From the human T2T-CHM13v2.0 reference genome, Homo sapiens: a stretch of DNA of 64,000 bases. The position numbers and the translations under genes are program-made. Below the pieces are notes generated by a model. The model ran no database searches and was not told the DNA's origin. It saw nothing but the letters and a program-made list of their open reading frames with translations. Shown here piece after piece: positions 1-14,693 of this stretch. The stretch lies in the NCBI RefSeq assembly GCF_009914755.1, contig NC_060932.1. The stretch is one strand, 5' to 3'. Every line of letters begins with the position of its first letter. Positions within the stretch are counted from its first letter, which is position 1.

Positions 1-826
1 GCCTACTGTCAAGTATTATTTAGAGTTCCACTTCAGTAACCTAGAACTATATAACACACCATCAATAGAAATAAACCTCTTATTGGTCCCATTAAAAAGA
101 TAGTGAAGCCCTGGTTTTATAAATAAATGCTTGTTTCTTATTCTTCTTCTGTCACCCCTCAGAACCACATTTAGTATGTGAAATAATGAATTCTACTTCT
201 AAATAAGAAGTTAAAAGGAGCCAAAAGAAGTGATGATAGTGAATAGCGCTTATTATAAAGGAAACACTTTCGGGAATGGTCTCTTTTTTTAAGGAACCAA
301 AAAACTTTTAGATCCTAAACTATACCTGGAGGAAAAAAGATAACCTTATTAAGAATCTTTACATTTCTTCAATTAGTTTTGGAATAGCAAGTTAGTGTAA
401 ATGATCTCTCTAGCCCTACACTTGTTCTGTTAAGTTTTTGAAAATAAAAGAAACAAAACAAAACATATATACATATTCTGAAGGCAAAGGCCTTTTACTG
501 ATATTGTCCAGTTTAGCCTTCAAAATATTTAGCACCTTTCTACTCTAAAATGTCTAGGTAGAGGAAAAAATTATTTTTAAAGTTTTTCAAATGGCAACCC
601 TTAAGTGCAGTTTCATGTACTCACACTGGAAACTAGGTCTTGGCATGGAAGATGCCTGGGGATCCTGTAGACTCAAAGGGCTCTGAAAAAAAGTTAATAA
701 CCTTTTTTCCTTGTTACTAAAAACGACCCGGGTGAGGCATCTCATATACCCGCAGGGAGCAGCTCGCTGCTGAACCATTTCCTCCGCCAGCCAGACTCCC
801 TCGGCTTTCATCTCATCTTGCTAACA

Positions 827-864
827 TTTTTTTTTTTTATTATACTTTAAGTTTTAGGGTACAT
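827..864 (-). mobile_element. Tiny L1PA 3'-terminal fragment with poly(A)
   Basis: T12-attatactttaagttttagggtacat is the reverse complement of the L1PA terminus ATGTACCCTAAAACTTAAAGTATAATAAAAA. Confidence 0.8.
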
Positions 865-1880
865 ACAAAGATGTTTGTGGCAATGAAATTGATAGCAAAC
901 TTGACTATTCATACAGCATTTAGAGATTCCTTCTTTTTTAATTCTATTAACTGAGATGAACCCAATCTGCTGAAGCCATTCATTGGGAGATCTCGGGACC
1001 TGGTCTTATAAGACTAGCTCAGACTTTCTGGCCATGGTCCCCTGTTCTGTAGATCTAATTAGCACCGAGAGCAGCTTCCTAGCATCTAAAACATAAGCTG
1101 ATCTGGATTCTAATGCCCTGATCTGGATTCTAAATTTGGAATCGTTTTTCTTAAATGCTCTTACTTCCTATTATTTACGAAATAGGTTGATCTGCAGAAA
1201 AGGGTGCTCATATTCCCTCAACTAGCGGAATCAGCTAGCCCATTAATCAACAAGTATCTTTTCCCTAGGATCTACTATGTGCCCCAGGGTGCACTGGAGC
1301 TAGTACTGCAATGTGTGAAAAAGTTGTTATAACCTTGTTAGCATTTGGTTGATTCCACAGAGCTCCATCTCCTAAGAGCCTTTGAAATCCTTTTGCAACT
1401 ACTTCCTACACAGCCAGCACTCACTCACCCAGAAAGTTCAGTTACTGTCATGATTAAGCCGGTGGAGAGGGTGGGAGCGGGAGAGTGGAAATGAGGATAA
1501 AGAGAGAGATCTTGTGCTGAGAGCCTGTAAGCCTTCGTTACCTAACGCAATGAAGAATTCAGATTCCCCTCACTCCTCAGGCTGCATGAGCTTCTGTGCC
1601 AAGTAGAAGGTCATGTAACTGTGATTTGAAAAAGACAGGCCTGGAACCCATGCACAATTTTAAAGTTATGCATGGAGTCAAAGGGAGAGAAGGGAGACAA
1701 GGGGAATAAAGACATCCTTAACAACTAGGAAGTGAGTGTGTTTTCTTCCTCTCCTCATCCTGAAGCTAGAGCTTCTACCAGGCAGGAAAAACAGGTTGTT
1801 CTTTGGGGCATTGGTCCTGCTGGTCCAGTCTAACAAGGTGTGCTTACTAATCGGTGTGCATTTCTCTCTTTCTGCCCCAG

Positions 1881-1991
1881 GACAGCTTTCCTGCCCGCTT
1901 TGGAGGAGTCCACTTTGTCAACCAGCCCTGGTACATTCATGCCCTCTACACACTCATCAAGCCATTTCTTAAAGACAAGACCAGGAAACGG
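1881..1991 (+). CDS. CLVS1: Clavesin-1 internal coding exon (CRAL-TRIO domain), 111 nt, phase 0/0
   Basis: Polypyrimidine tract tttctctctttctgccccAG before 1881 and donor CGG|GTAATG after 1991. Translates to [37 protein letters not shown], the Sec14/CRAL-TRIO FP.R...HFVN.P signature of clavesins. Confidence 0.96.
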
Positions 1992-2574
1992 GTAATGAAA
2001 ACAAATGCATCATGTAAATTCCTGGTACAATTTTGGTGCTTCTATTTTCTCTCTCCCCTCCTCTCTCCTTTCCCCCCTTTTTCTCTCTTTCTCTCTTTAT
2101 CTTTCACTGTGGTTTTTCTACAGCCCCTAAGCATTTAAGCCTCAGCTGGAGTTTGCAAATGGCCTGGGTTTAATTAATAATTCAGTAGAACTGGGTTATT
2201 TTCGGAGTCCCAGTGACAAACCAAAAGAAACTTTGAAGGCATGCAAATACCAGATGCCCATGTTACTGTAAATTCTTATGGGAGATACTGGGTCCAGCAG
2301 CTTTCCTGTTCATAAAATGTTTTAGTAGCTAGCATTTTGTTCTGCAAATGTATTAGTGCTATAAAGAATGATTACAATTTTTCTTCCTCCCATAACTTTG
2401 GGTGATAACTGCTAACTGCATCACCTGTAAAGCTGGAAAAGCATTCTTCTTTGGAAATAACACTGCTCTTATGAGGAAGGCTTTTACAGCCTTAATTATA
2501 TCAATTGATAACACTTGGGAAGCCAGCTTTTTCCATCAATCAGAGTTGGGCTTTTTCATGGCATTTTGATGAGC

Positions 2575-2720
2575 TGAGTAACTGAACATTCCTTAACCAC
2601 TCTGAATCTCAATTTTCTCATTTATAAATTGCGGAATCTAACACCCACATCACAGAGTTGTTGGGGAAATCTAATGAGACAGCTAATGAAAACATGTATC
2701 ATGATGCAGTTGGTACATCA
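2575..2720 (+). mobile_element. MIR SINE fragment
   Basis: cttaaccactctgaatctcaattttctcatttataaat...cacagagttgttgggg matches the MIR core. Confidence 0.6.
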
Positions 2721-2774
2721 TGAGACTTGTTGACTTTTATTTATCTTTACCATTTAGCTCTCTTTTCTTTTTTT

Positions 2775-2916
2775 CCCAGTGTTATTAAGGTATAATTGAC
2801 AACTAAATATTGGATATATTTAAGGTGTTCAATGTGATGTTTTTATATACCTATGCATTGTGAAATGATTACCACAATCAAGCTATTAACACATCTATCA
2901 CCTCCTATAATTATGA

Positions 2917-2955
<39 letters not shown>

Positions 2956-3390
2956 TGAGAACACTTAAGATCTACTCAGCCAATTTCAAATAAACAATAC
3001 AATATTATTACTTATTACAGTATCCATACTGTACATTAGGTCTCCAAAATCTATTCTCATTCTATATAACTGAAACTTTGTCCTCTTTTTCCAGTGTCTC
3101 TCCATTTCCCCCTACTCTCAGCTCCTGGCAACCACCCTTCTATTCTATACTTCTATGATTTCAACTTATTTAGATTCCACATATAAGTGTGATCATGCAG
3201 TATTTGTTTTTCTGTGTCTGGCTTATTTTTGTTAATATAATTGTTCTTTAGGTTCATCCACATTGTTGAAAATGACAGGATTTCATTCTTCTTTAAGACT
3301 GCATAGTATTCCTCTCGGTATATATCCATTTATCTGTTAATGGACACTTAGGTTGTATCCATATCTTGGCTATTATGAATAATGCTACAG
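2775..3390 (-). mobile_element. Old L1 (L1MA-type) 3' end
   Basis: ttattaaggtataattgac...gattaccacaatcaagcta...tagattccacatataagtg...gacaggatttcattctt...ggacacttaggttg: L1M 3'UTR on the reverse strand. Confidence 0.8.
2919..2953. repeat. (TG)n microsatellite
   Basis: About 17 TG units. Confidence 0.95.
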
Positions 3391-4378
3391 TCTTATCTTT
3401 GAGACTTTCTATTTTCAGCTACCTCCTGGGTCAGGAACACCACTCCTTATGGGAACCTGGCTAGGGTAATCCTACAACACCTTTTCCTGACACCCAGGGT
3501 GCCTGACACTAGGGAATAGCTCTGAGTATTCAGGAGGGACTGATAATGTGAGGGATTCCCCGCCACCTCCCACACTCTGCAGGGTTTCTAACTCCTAGAT
3601 CTCAGATGCTTCCAGGTCCTTTAGAGAGCATTGCAATGGGGTAGAGCAGGGGTAATTTCCCTGTTCTCAAACAAGTTTGAAACCAGGAATTAGAACTCAC
3701 TGGGATCACAAGACAGAAATGTTTTAAAACCCATCTGGGGCTCAGGACAGTGCTAAGAACAGAGAAGTGTTCTAGGACTGTTCTCAACATGGCTTCAGGC
3801 TTTCCAGCAACTTATTCTTCTATTCAGGTTGGAGCGAGAGAGAATTCCTCCCACGGTGGACACTTGCTGCCATGCCATAGGTGGGCATTTTTGGAGCTTT
3901 GGGCACAGGATAGATTCTAACAGGTAGAGGGTCCAGCCTCCTCCTTCTGCATTCCTCCATTCCACAAGACCCCCAGAAGGGAAGGTCACCTTTAATGGCA
4001 CTCTTTGTCTTTCAAAAACTGGACATGTTGGGTGGAGGGGTACAAATGTTTTCTCTAAACACCAGGGCTGATATTTCGCTCCAGCATGTTTCATATACAA
4101 ACCCTCTGAAAAGTTTTATAAAAGCCAGAAAAGTGACTTTCTTCAAAAGAAATAATTCTTATTAAAATTCAGTCATACTCAAGTGCAATATCAGAAATTT
4201 TGATATTTTGATATACTTTCTGAAGTTCTCCAGTAGTTTTCTGAAGAATTAGCACTTCTTGTCCCCTTCATCTTTAAATGATGTCATTACATCATGAGTT
4301 AAAATCAATACAATAGAACAAGGTAGCAAGTGTTTATTATTGAGGTCCTCTATGTAAGTATTTTAAAAATCACATATA

Positions 4379-4980
<602 letters not shown>

Positions 4981-6050
4981 CACGTTTATATTTCATCATG
5001 GTTATACTGTATGTATATGTGCATGCATGTGTGTATACCTGATGATCCTATACTTGGGTGCACCTTATGTGTTACACATAATTACTTTATGCCTGCAACA
5101 TGAAGAAGTGTGGGAACTGACATCAGTACATGGATGGACTTTAAGTCACCTTTCAGAGTCAACTCCTAAATTGTAGTCAGTGCTAATTATCTATTCATGT
5201 CTCATCCACTTTGTAGATTTGTCTGGAAATAATTGTAACTTGGAGGTGTGCCTTCTCTCCTGCTTGACCAGTTTTTATCACTATGTCCCCAATCCAGACA
5301 AAAATGGAAAATTGCAGCAAAAATATCTCACGATAACTTCTCAGGCTGTGGTTTTTGATTCCATTAAATAAGAATTGATTTTCTTCTACCTTGTGCCCAC
5401 ATCACCCTAGGAGCTAAGAAGCATTTTAAAGGAGTAAGAAAACACCAACTTTTTCTCTAGATATTTTCCCCCGTGGGGAAACAAGACGTAAATGAACATA
5501 TCAGAAAAACAAACAAACAAACAAAAACAGAAGTCGGCAGTCAGCAGATACTGAAGAATTAATTAGAGGGTGGTTGGAAAGAAGCAGAATAGGCAGTTAT
5601 CACCAGGGCGAATTAGGAAGAAGCTGCAACTTTGTCTAGGCCAGGGAAGGGGGGAAGGATCTGGAGGACTGGGTGAGAGCACACAGATGGGAGAGAAGAG
5701 CAGTCTGGAGATCCAGCAATAGCTGGGGTTTCAGGTGGTCTGCACCATCACTCCTTTTACCAGCAGGGATAATTAGGAGATGACTGTATGTGTAAATTTG
5801 GCCCACAGCCAAGTAATGCTCAATCTGTTCATAAACTTCATTTTTAATGACTATTAATTCAGCCCCTTTTCTAAGCAATAAATTAACATTTTATGAAGAC
5901 TAAGCTACAGTCACAAAATCAATGCCTCTTTAAACACTGTGATCACCAGCAGTGCATCCAATTTGTCATGGCTAAATTGTGTATTAGATGAAATCTTTGG
6001 TCGTATGTTTTGGATTTTGTATTGCTAATTACTTTTTGTTTTCTTTACAG

Positions 6051-6286
6051 ATTTTCCTGCATGGAAACAATTTAAACAGCCTTCACCAGCTAATACACCC
6101 TGAATTTTTGCCCTCTGAATTTGGAGGAACTCTTCCTCCTTATGACATGGGAACTTGGGCCCGGACGTTACTCGGTCCCGACTACAGCGATGAAAATGAC
6201 TATACTCACACATCCTATAATGCAATGCACGTGAAGCATACGTCCTCGAATCTGGAGAGAGAATGCTCACCCAAGCTGATGAAAAG
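6051..6286 (+). CDS. CLVS1: Clavesin-1 penultimate coding exon, 236 nt, ends in phase 2
   Basis: Acceptor ttttgttttctttacAG and donor AAAG|GTAAGG. Translates to [78 protein letters not shown], including the LPxEFGG end of the CRAL-TRIO domain. In frame with the previous exon. Confidence 0.96.
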
Positions 6287-7090
6287 GTAAGGCCTGGGTT
6301 ATCAGAGCCCCCCCCCCCAGTCAGAGGTCAATGGAATTTTTTATTTGGACCTATTGTGAATTATTAATTAAAGACCTTTATGGGCAGAGAACTTGAATAA
6401 AATAAATTGCAATGCATTCTCAGCTGATTTCACTAAAACTGAAAATAAATGGGGCTTGGCTGGCCCAGCACTATAGTTGTCCCCATTGTATCAAAGGAAT
6501 AGTTAAAGGCTAGGACTTCACTCATGCCACAATTATAGCCCTGGTCTTCAGGGTGTTTGTTAATACACACAGAATAAAATGTTGGACCTTTGAGATACAC
6601 TAGGTGGAAAAACAACCTGCTAAAAAATGTTCCTATCATTCATTTATTTGGAACCATTTATTGAGAATTTACTGGGCTGCAGCACTGATTAGGGACAAGA
6701 GGTACAAATGAGAATAAGATGTCAAAAGAACAGAGAAGTATGCCTCAGGGAATCTTCCAAGTAAGACTTTTGCAGCATATTTATAAAGCAGGCGACATTC
6801 AGTCTGAGCTCTGGAGACCAGCAACCGAGGCTTGGGAAATGGCATATAGCAATCCAAGCAGAGTGGACAGACTGAGGCATGTAGGTATTAGAGTGATGGA
6901 ATAATCTAGTGTGGTAAAAAGGCGTGCAAGGGTGGGAGATGGGACTGGACATGAAATAAAGCTCCAAAAACAGTTGGATCCAAGTGGTGAAGACCATTGC
7001 ATACTGTAGTCAATGGAGTGCCATAAAAGAGGGATTAAAAAGATTGATAAATGAGTATTTTCTCATTATAAAAATTAAAACCTGATTTTT

Positions 7091-7342
7091 AAAATTTTAT
7101 TTTATTTTTCCATAAGTTATTGGGGTACAGGTGGTATTCAGTTACATGGGTGAGCTCTTTAGTGGTGATTTGTGAGATCCTGGTGCACCCGTCATCCGAG
7201 CAGTATACACTGCACCATATATGTTGTCTTTTATCCCTCGCCCCCCTCCTACTCTTCCCCCCAAGTCCCCAAAGTCCATTGTATTCTTACATCTTTGCAT
7301 CCTTATAGCTTAGCTCACCTATCGGTGAGAACATAAGATGTG
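7091..7342 (-). mobile_element. 5'-truncated L1PB 3' end with TSD
   Basis: ttccataagttattggggtacaggtggtatt...ctttagtggtgatttgtgagat. 13-bp TSD aaacctgattttt at 7078-7090 and 7343-7355. Confidence 0.85.
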
Positions 7343-7506
7343 AAACCTGATTTTTTAAGACTAAAATCCCCTTCAGCCACTATTCTCAATCTCAGTCTCA
7401 ATCCCATTTCCTCCCAAATGGTAACCACTGTAGAGGTGGGCCCTTGTAATTCTGTTTTCCATACATCACATACATCTATACACACCCATAAAAAACATCT
7501 AATATT

Positions 7507-7887
7507 GTATAATTTCTAGGGCTGCTGTAATAAGTTACTACAGACTGGGTGGTTTAAACAACAGAAATTTATTTTCTTACAGTTCTGAAGGTTGGAAGGG
7601 CAAGATCAAGGTGTTGGCAAGGTTGGTTTCTCCTGAGGCCTCTCTCCTTGGCTTGCACATGGCTGCCTTCTCCATGCGTCCTTACACGGTTTTCCTTCTG
7701 TGTGTGTCTGCCTCTATCCTAACCTCCTTTTCTTATAAGGACACCAGTCGTATTGAATTATGACCCACCCATAGAACCTCGTTTTACCTTAATTGCTTCT
7801 TTAAAAGTCATATATCCAAATATAGTCATATTCTGAGGTACTTCAACATATGAACTTGGGGATGAGGAAGACTTCAGCCCATAGCAT
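7507..7887 (-). mobile_element. MaLR LTR (MLT1A-like)
   Basis: ctagggctgctgtaataag...cagactgggtggtttaaacaacagaaatttatt...ataaggacaccagtc...cttcaacatatgaa...ttcagcccatagca. Confidence 0.8.
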
Positions 7888-7929
7888 ATTGTTATGAAAC
7901 GTTTTTCCACGTCAGTATATTTAGACATA

Positions 7930-9314
7930 TGAAGAGGCTTGAAAATATTTGTGGAAAAATAAGATTAAAGATAAAAATTCAAAATATAAACTTATATAGC
8001 TCAAGGACATCAGTTCATATATGTGTGTATACATATTAAGTATATATACAAACACCTTATTTTTCAGCCTAAGTTCCATCAAGTTCAAGACAGTTTTGTG
8101 AGTGACAATACCAGCCATTTAGTTTATCCCTAAATAACTGAGGGTCCTAGGAACTTAGCCATGTCAATGTAGTCTTTTTTACATTAGATGAACAAAAATG
8201 GATGCCCTTGAAATATTACTAAGATTAGAAAACAAAAAGAAGTCAGAAGGAGCCAAATCAGGACTGAAAGGTAGTTGCCTAATAATTTCCTATTGAAACT
8301 CTCATAAAATTGCCCATGTTTGATGAGAGAAGTGAGCAGGAACATTGTCATGGTGCAGAAGGACTCTCTGGGAAAGATTTCCCAGGAATTTTTCAGCTAA
8401 AGCTTTGGCTAACTTTCTCAAAACACTCTCATGATAAGCAGATATTGTTGTTCTTTGGCCCTTCAGAAAGTCAGCAAGCAAAATGCTTGGACCAGCCCAA
8501 AGAACTGTTGCCAAGACCTTTGCTCTTGACTGGCCCACTTTTGCTTTGACTAGAGCACTGCCACCTCTTGGTAACCATTGCTTTGCCTGTGCTTTGATTT
8601 CAGGATTGCACTGGTAAAACCGTTTCATCTCCTATTACAGTTCTTCAAAGAAATGCTTCAGAATCTTGATCCCACATGTTTAAAATTTCCATCGAAAGTT
8701 CTGCTCTTGTCTGTTCCTGATTTGAGCACAATGGTTTTGGCACCCAAGTGGAAAGTTTGCTCAACTTTAATTTTTCAGTCAGAATTGTGTAAGCTGAACC
8801 AGTTGAGGTGTCTGTGGTGTTGGCTATTGTTTGTGCTGTTAGTGGTTGGTCCATGAACAAGATAAATTAGGGCATGAACAAGACAAATTTTTTCCTGGCA
8901 AAATGATGTAAAATTGACATGAATTGATGTCCACAACTGAGGGCTTCACCATCAACATTGTCTTGTCCCTTCCTAAAATGAGTTATCCAATTGGAAACTG
9001 CTGATTTCTTTGGGGTATTGTCCCCATTAACTTTTTGTAAAGCATCAGTGATTTCACAATGTTTTTACTCAACCTTCACCATAAATTTGATGTTTGTTCT
9101 TGCTTCAATTTTAGCAGAACTCATGTTGCTCTGATAGAGGTTCTTGTCAAACCTGATGTTTCTGATGTCTTATCTTCTTAGTGCCTCAAACTAGATTGTG
9201 TTCAGACATGCTATAACAAGTTAGCACAAGTTTATTTTGGTACAAAAATTTTTTGAACTCCATGCATAATTTTTTATAATATGCGTTTTCCATGAACTTT
9301 GTGAAGACCCCTCA
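7930..9314 (-). mobile_element. Hsmar2 mariner DNA transposon, near full length, transposase pseudogene
   Basis: Right TIR ttttccatgaactttgtgaagacccctca followed by TA (9286-9316); degenerate left TIR near 7930. Minus-strand fragments carry the mariner motifs WVPKPL (ORF 8645-8860), LLHHDNVPAH (ORF 8302-8628) and FSPDLAPSDF (~8240-8270), broken by frameshifts. Confidence 0.88.
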
Positions 9315-10102
9315 TAGACCATGTGTTTAATACTGCATGCCATTTTAGAACATGGATATACCACAGTTTATCCATCTCCTCATTGCTTTGCATTTGGGTT
9401 TTTGAGGTTTTCCTTTTCTAAACAAGATTCAATAAATGTCTTTGGTATACCTCCTTCATTTTCTTAGGAAGGTTCCTCTGAGTAGACTCAGAACCCTGTA
9501 GTTGGTGGGTATGTGCCTTTAAAGTTTTAGTTCACACTGTTCAAAAGCCCTCCAAATGACACCAATTGATACTCCCAGCTGTCTATGAGAACCTTCTTCT
9601 CCATACCCTGGAAAAATGCTTGATATGACCAGACTTTAATTTTAATGATAATCTTATGATGGGAAAACGCCATGTCATTTTGTTTTCATCTTTATTTCCT
9701 CAACATTCATAGTTAAGCAGAGAAATGACATAATAAGATCTGGGTTTTATAAGGATCATGGGATTAGCGAGGAAATGGTTTGTGCATCAGAGACTAAAAG
9801 CCACTAGAAGGCTGATGCAGAGACTTAGTTGGGAAGATGAGAGCCAGAACTAATGCCAAATCAGAGGAAAACTGGCTCTATCCTATAGATGTTTGGCTAT
9901 GGAAAAGGAGGAGTAACATTCATGAGGGTTGGGCTCAACTTCTTCCAAAGTCCTGTTAATGTGGATATTTTGACCTCCTCCCATGAATCTTGAATGTTCT
10001 AGAATGGCATCCAGAATGGTGAATCCTTTCCAAGAAGTTTTCAATTTACTTTGTCCAGATCCATCAGACAAATCACTATCTATGGTAGCTATAGTCTTAT
10101 GA

Positions 10103-10258
<156 letters not shown>

Positions 10259-11530
10259 TGAAATGTATTTCTTAAGTAATAAGATGTGAAAGTCATGGAC
10301 TGCAGAATGGATGTTGTGCTGGGCATGAAAACAACCTTCACCTCCTTGTACATATCCACCAGAGCTCTTGGGTAACCAGGAGCACTGTCAATAAGCACTA
10401 ATATTTTGAAAGGGATCTTTTTTTCTGAGCAGTAAGTCTCGTCAGTAGACTTAAAATACTCGGTAAACCGTGCTATAAACAGATATACTGTCATTCAAGC
10501 TTCATTGTTCTATTTATAGTGCACAGGGAGAGTAGATTTAACATAATTCTTAAAGGTCCTAGGATGTTTAGAATGGTAAATGAGCATTGGCTTCAACCTA
10601 AAGTCACCAGCTGCATTAGCGCCTAACAAGAAAGTCAGCCTGTCCTTTGAGGCTTTGAATCCAGGCTTTGACTCTCCTCTCTAGTTATGAAAGTCCTAGA
10701 TGGAAGAAGTCTATTCTTCCAATAGAAGGCTGTTTTGTCATTGGAAATCTGTTGTTTAGTGTAGCCAGCTTCATCAATGATCTTTCCTAGATCTTCTGGA
10801 TAGCTTGCTTCATCTTCTATATCATCACTTGCTGCTTTACTTTGCACTTTTATGTTGTGGAGACAGTTTCTTTCCTTAAGCCTCATGAACCAACCTCTGC
10901 TAGCTTCCAATTTTTCTTCTACAGCTTCCTCACCTCTCTCAACCTTCATGAAATTGAAGAGAGTTAGGATCTTGCTCTGAATTAGGCTTTGGCTTAAGGA
11001 AATGTTGCGGCTGGTTTGATCATCTATTCAGACCTCTAAAACTTTCTCCATATCAGCAATAAGGTTGTTGCACTTTCTTAGCATTTGTGTGTTCAACTGA
11101 AGTAGCACTTTTAATGCTCCTTTGCATTCACAACTTGGTTAACTGTTTCATGCAAGAGGCCTAGCTTTCAGACTTTCTGAGCTTTCAGTGTACCTTCCTC
11201 CCCAAGCTTAATCATGTCTAGCTTTTGGTTTAAAATGAGAGACGTGCAACTCTTCCTTTCACTTAAACACTTAGAAGCCATTGTAAGGTTATTAATTAAC
11301 CTAGTTGCAATACTGTTGTGTCTCAAGGAATAGCGAGGCCCAAGAAGAAGGAGAAAAATGAGAGAACATTTGATCTGTGAAGCAGTCAGAAAACACACAC
11401 CATTTATCAATTAAGTATATTGTCTTATAGGAGCACATTTCACGGTACCCCCAAAACAATTACAATAGTAACATCACAAATTTTTTTATCACAGATCACC
11501 ATAGCAGATATAAGAATAATAAAAAGTTTG

Positions 11531-11851
11531 GGCCGGGTGCAGTGGCTCAAGCCTGTAATCCTACCACTTTGGGAGACCGAGGCAGGAGAATTGTCTGAGC
11601 TCGGGAGTTCAAGATCATCCTGGGCAACATGGTGAAACCCCGTATCTACTAAAAAAATACAAAAAAAAATCAGCCAGGTTTTGCGGTGGGTGCCTATAGT
11701 CCTAGCTACTCAGGAGGCTGAGGTAGGAGAATTGCTTGAACCTGGGCGGGTGGAGGTTGTAGCAATGAGTCAAGATCACGCCACTGACTGCACTACTGCA
11801 CTCCAGCCTGGGCAACAAAGCGAGACTCTGTCTCAAAAAAAAAAAAAAAAA
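11531..11851 (+). mobile_element. Alu (S/J) inserted in Tigger1
   Basis: GGCCGGGTGC start, two arms, A-tail, TSD aaaaa(g)tttg. Confidence 0.9.
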
Positions 11852-13359
11852 TTTGAAATATTGTGAGAATAACCAAAATGTAATACAGAGACACAAAGTG
11901 AGTCATGCTGTTGGAAAAATGGTGCCAATAGACTTGCTGAATGCAACATTACCACAAGCCTTCAAGGTGTACAAAGTACAATATCTGCAAAGGGCAATGA
12001 CGTGAAGCACAGTAAAACAAAGTATGCCTATATGTGAATGAATTAATATTAATGTTGAATGAATATTATTAGCTCCAAAACCCATCCGTGGTACACTTGT
12101 CTAATTGCTTCAAAACTGATTAGTTGGCTTTCAGATAGAAAGAGCCAATTCCTCCCCCAACCCCCTGTCTTTAACAAGGCTCTCATGGTTCTTGCTTGTA
12201 GAATCTTTCATCCAGGTAGGAAAGAGAAAACGTGCCCCAAATAACTATAATGTAGAATGTGAGAGGCACTACAAAGGAGGAGCAAGATGCTGCTACAGCG
12301 TTCTGAGGAAGAATCACTAATTTTGTCCAGGAAGACTCTCAGAGAAGCCTCCATGTGGAAGGTTTGGCTGACCCAGGGTTTGGAGGAGTATTGCATTTCA
12401 TTACATACGGGAGCCAAAATTCAAGACTAGCTAGCAGGAGAAGCTAGCAAGTGTGCACACACTTCATTTTCCCCACCATGGCCACAAGGATGTCCTGCCC
12501 ACTGCTGCTGCCCTTTGTGATGACTTCCTTGAACGCTTGTCCGGAGATTTCAGGCAGTGGCAGGATGGGCAGAGACTGGAGAGGAGGGATCAGCCCTGCT
12601 GTTGGCGTATATCTCCTGTAAGGCACCTCACTGATGAGGAACAGAGCAGCCACTATTCACTGTCTTTTTGACCACTCAGAACCCACATGGATGTGCAAAA
12701 ATTGGGAACAGAATTGGAAGAGACCTTACAGGTCATCTCTTCCAGTCTCTCACCTGACAGAGAGGTCTGTTCTCCAGCACAGAACATCAGCCAGCCTCCG
12801 CTTGCACCGTCCAGAGACAGGCAGGCACCTTTCTGGGCAGCGTGTTCCCTGTGGTGTGGCCTTGTTAAAAAGCACTTGCTTATTCTGAGTAAGATGACAT
12901 AGGTCTGCCCTCTGAACAGCACTGTAATCTCCAGTAGGTTCACATCATCTATTTTCATAACCCCGTTACCCGACCCCCATAGTTCCCTACATGCTTCAGG
13001 TCCATTTGGATTCAAGTGGGCTTTGTGCACCGACCTTGGGACCCAATCACTTTTCGTAATCTGGCTTTTGGGCACAGATGGCCACTGTGTTCCAAAGCAC
13101 TCTCGACCCATGCTTTCTGGTATCCATGTAGAGTAAAAGCCAAGACTCCCGGAACTCTCAGTGAATGACTGGTTCTAATGAGCTCTTGTTTTTTTTCTTT
13201 GGATAATTGTAGCTCAACCCTTATGTAGAAAAAACAAAATAATGATTGGTTTAGCTGGAAATTCCTCTAAATGAATTATTTCAATATTGTTCTGCTCTTT
13301 AATACAATAATGCCATGGTGGGCTTTTGAGGTGTGTGGCATTCTCTGCTCTGGTACTAA

Positions 13360-13707
<348 letters not shown>

Positions 13708-14379
13708 TTATTCCTTATTTTATTTTATTTTTCAGAAGTCCACTTCTTTGCTCCCACATCATCAGCTGTTTTCTGTTCTTAGGAGTGTATGTGTGAAGCA
13801 CCTCACTTTCTCCTACCTAATTTACTCCTTGAATATGTTTTAGGCTTGGAGAATAGGTAACCCAACATTAAAACTGTCCAACAAAGAATAGTAAATAAGC
13901 TTTGTATTAGTTATGATTATTTTCACTGCAAGAAAGAAGAAAACCCAAATGAACTGCTTTAAACTATGAGGAAAATGCATTATTTCACAGGAGACATCTT
14001 GAAGACAGGTGACTGCAGGAGTGTTATTCTAGGGACTCAGTAATGGCCACAAGAACCAGGTTCTCTCCACTGTGTCCAGCACAACTGGAGACTTCTCAGG
14101 CAGGGGCTGATTTCTGACTCTCACAGGAGATCATAATGCCTAAATGAAAGGAGTTTTGTTGGAGAAAAAGGAAGAAAGAGTGGCTTAGGGCTGGAAACCA
14201 ACAGTCCTGCTACACACAGGCTTATTCAGGGGTGTAGGCCGGAAATTTCTGCCAGGAAATTTCTGCATTATTTTTTAATCAGCATGTAGAGTTTGTGACC
14301 TTTAATTGTTAGGCCATATAAAGCAATTACTTTCTGGTTCTTGCCTTTATTGCTGATAAAGTAATTAAAATGGCTATAG

Positions 14380-14693
<314 letters not shown>

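Noticed and set aside
1854-2138. ORF-track proteins 1854-2138 and 5988-6290 as stand-alone genes
   Set aside because: They are CLVS1 exons with intronic read-through; the splice sites define the real limits.
3465-3500. cctacaacacc resembling a 5S rRNA 3' end on the reverse strand
   Set aside because: The similarity does not extend beyond about 10 nt.
12444-13111. Cluster of overlapping ORFs (up to 152 aa); similar clusters at 14784-15693 and 19275-19977
   Set aside because: No recognisable domain, splice-consistent exon or processed-pseudogene hallmarks. Expected by chance in GC-richer intron.
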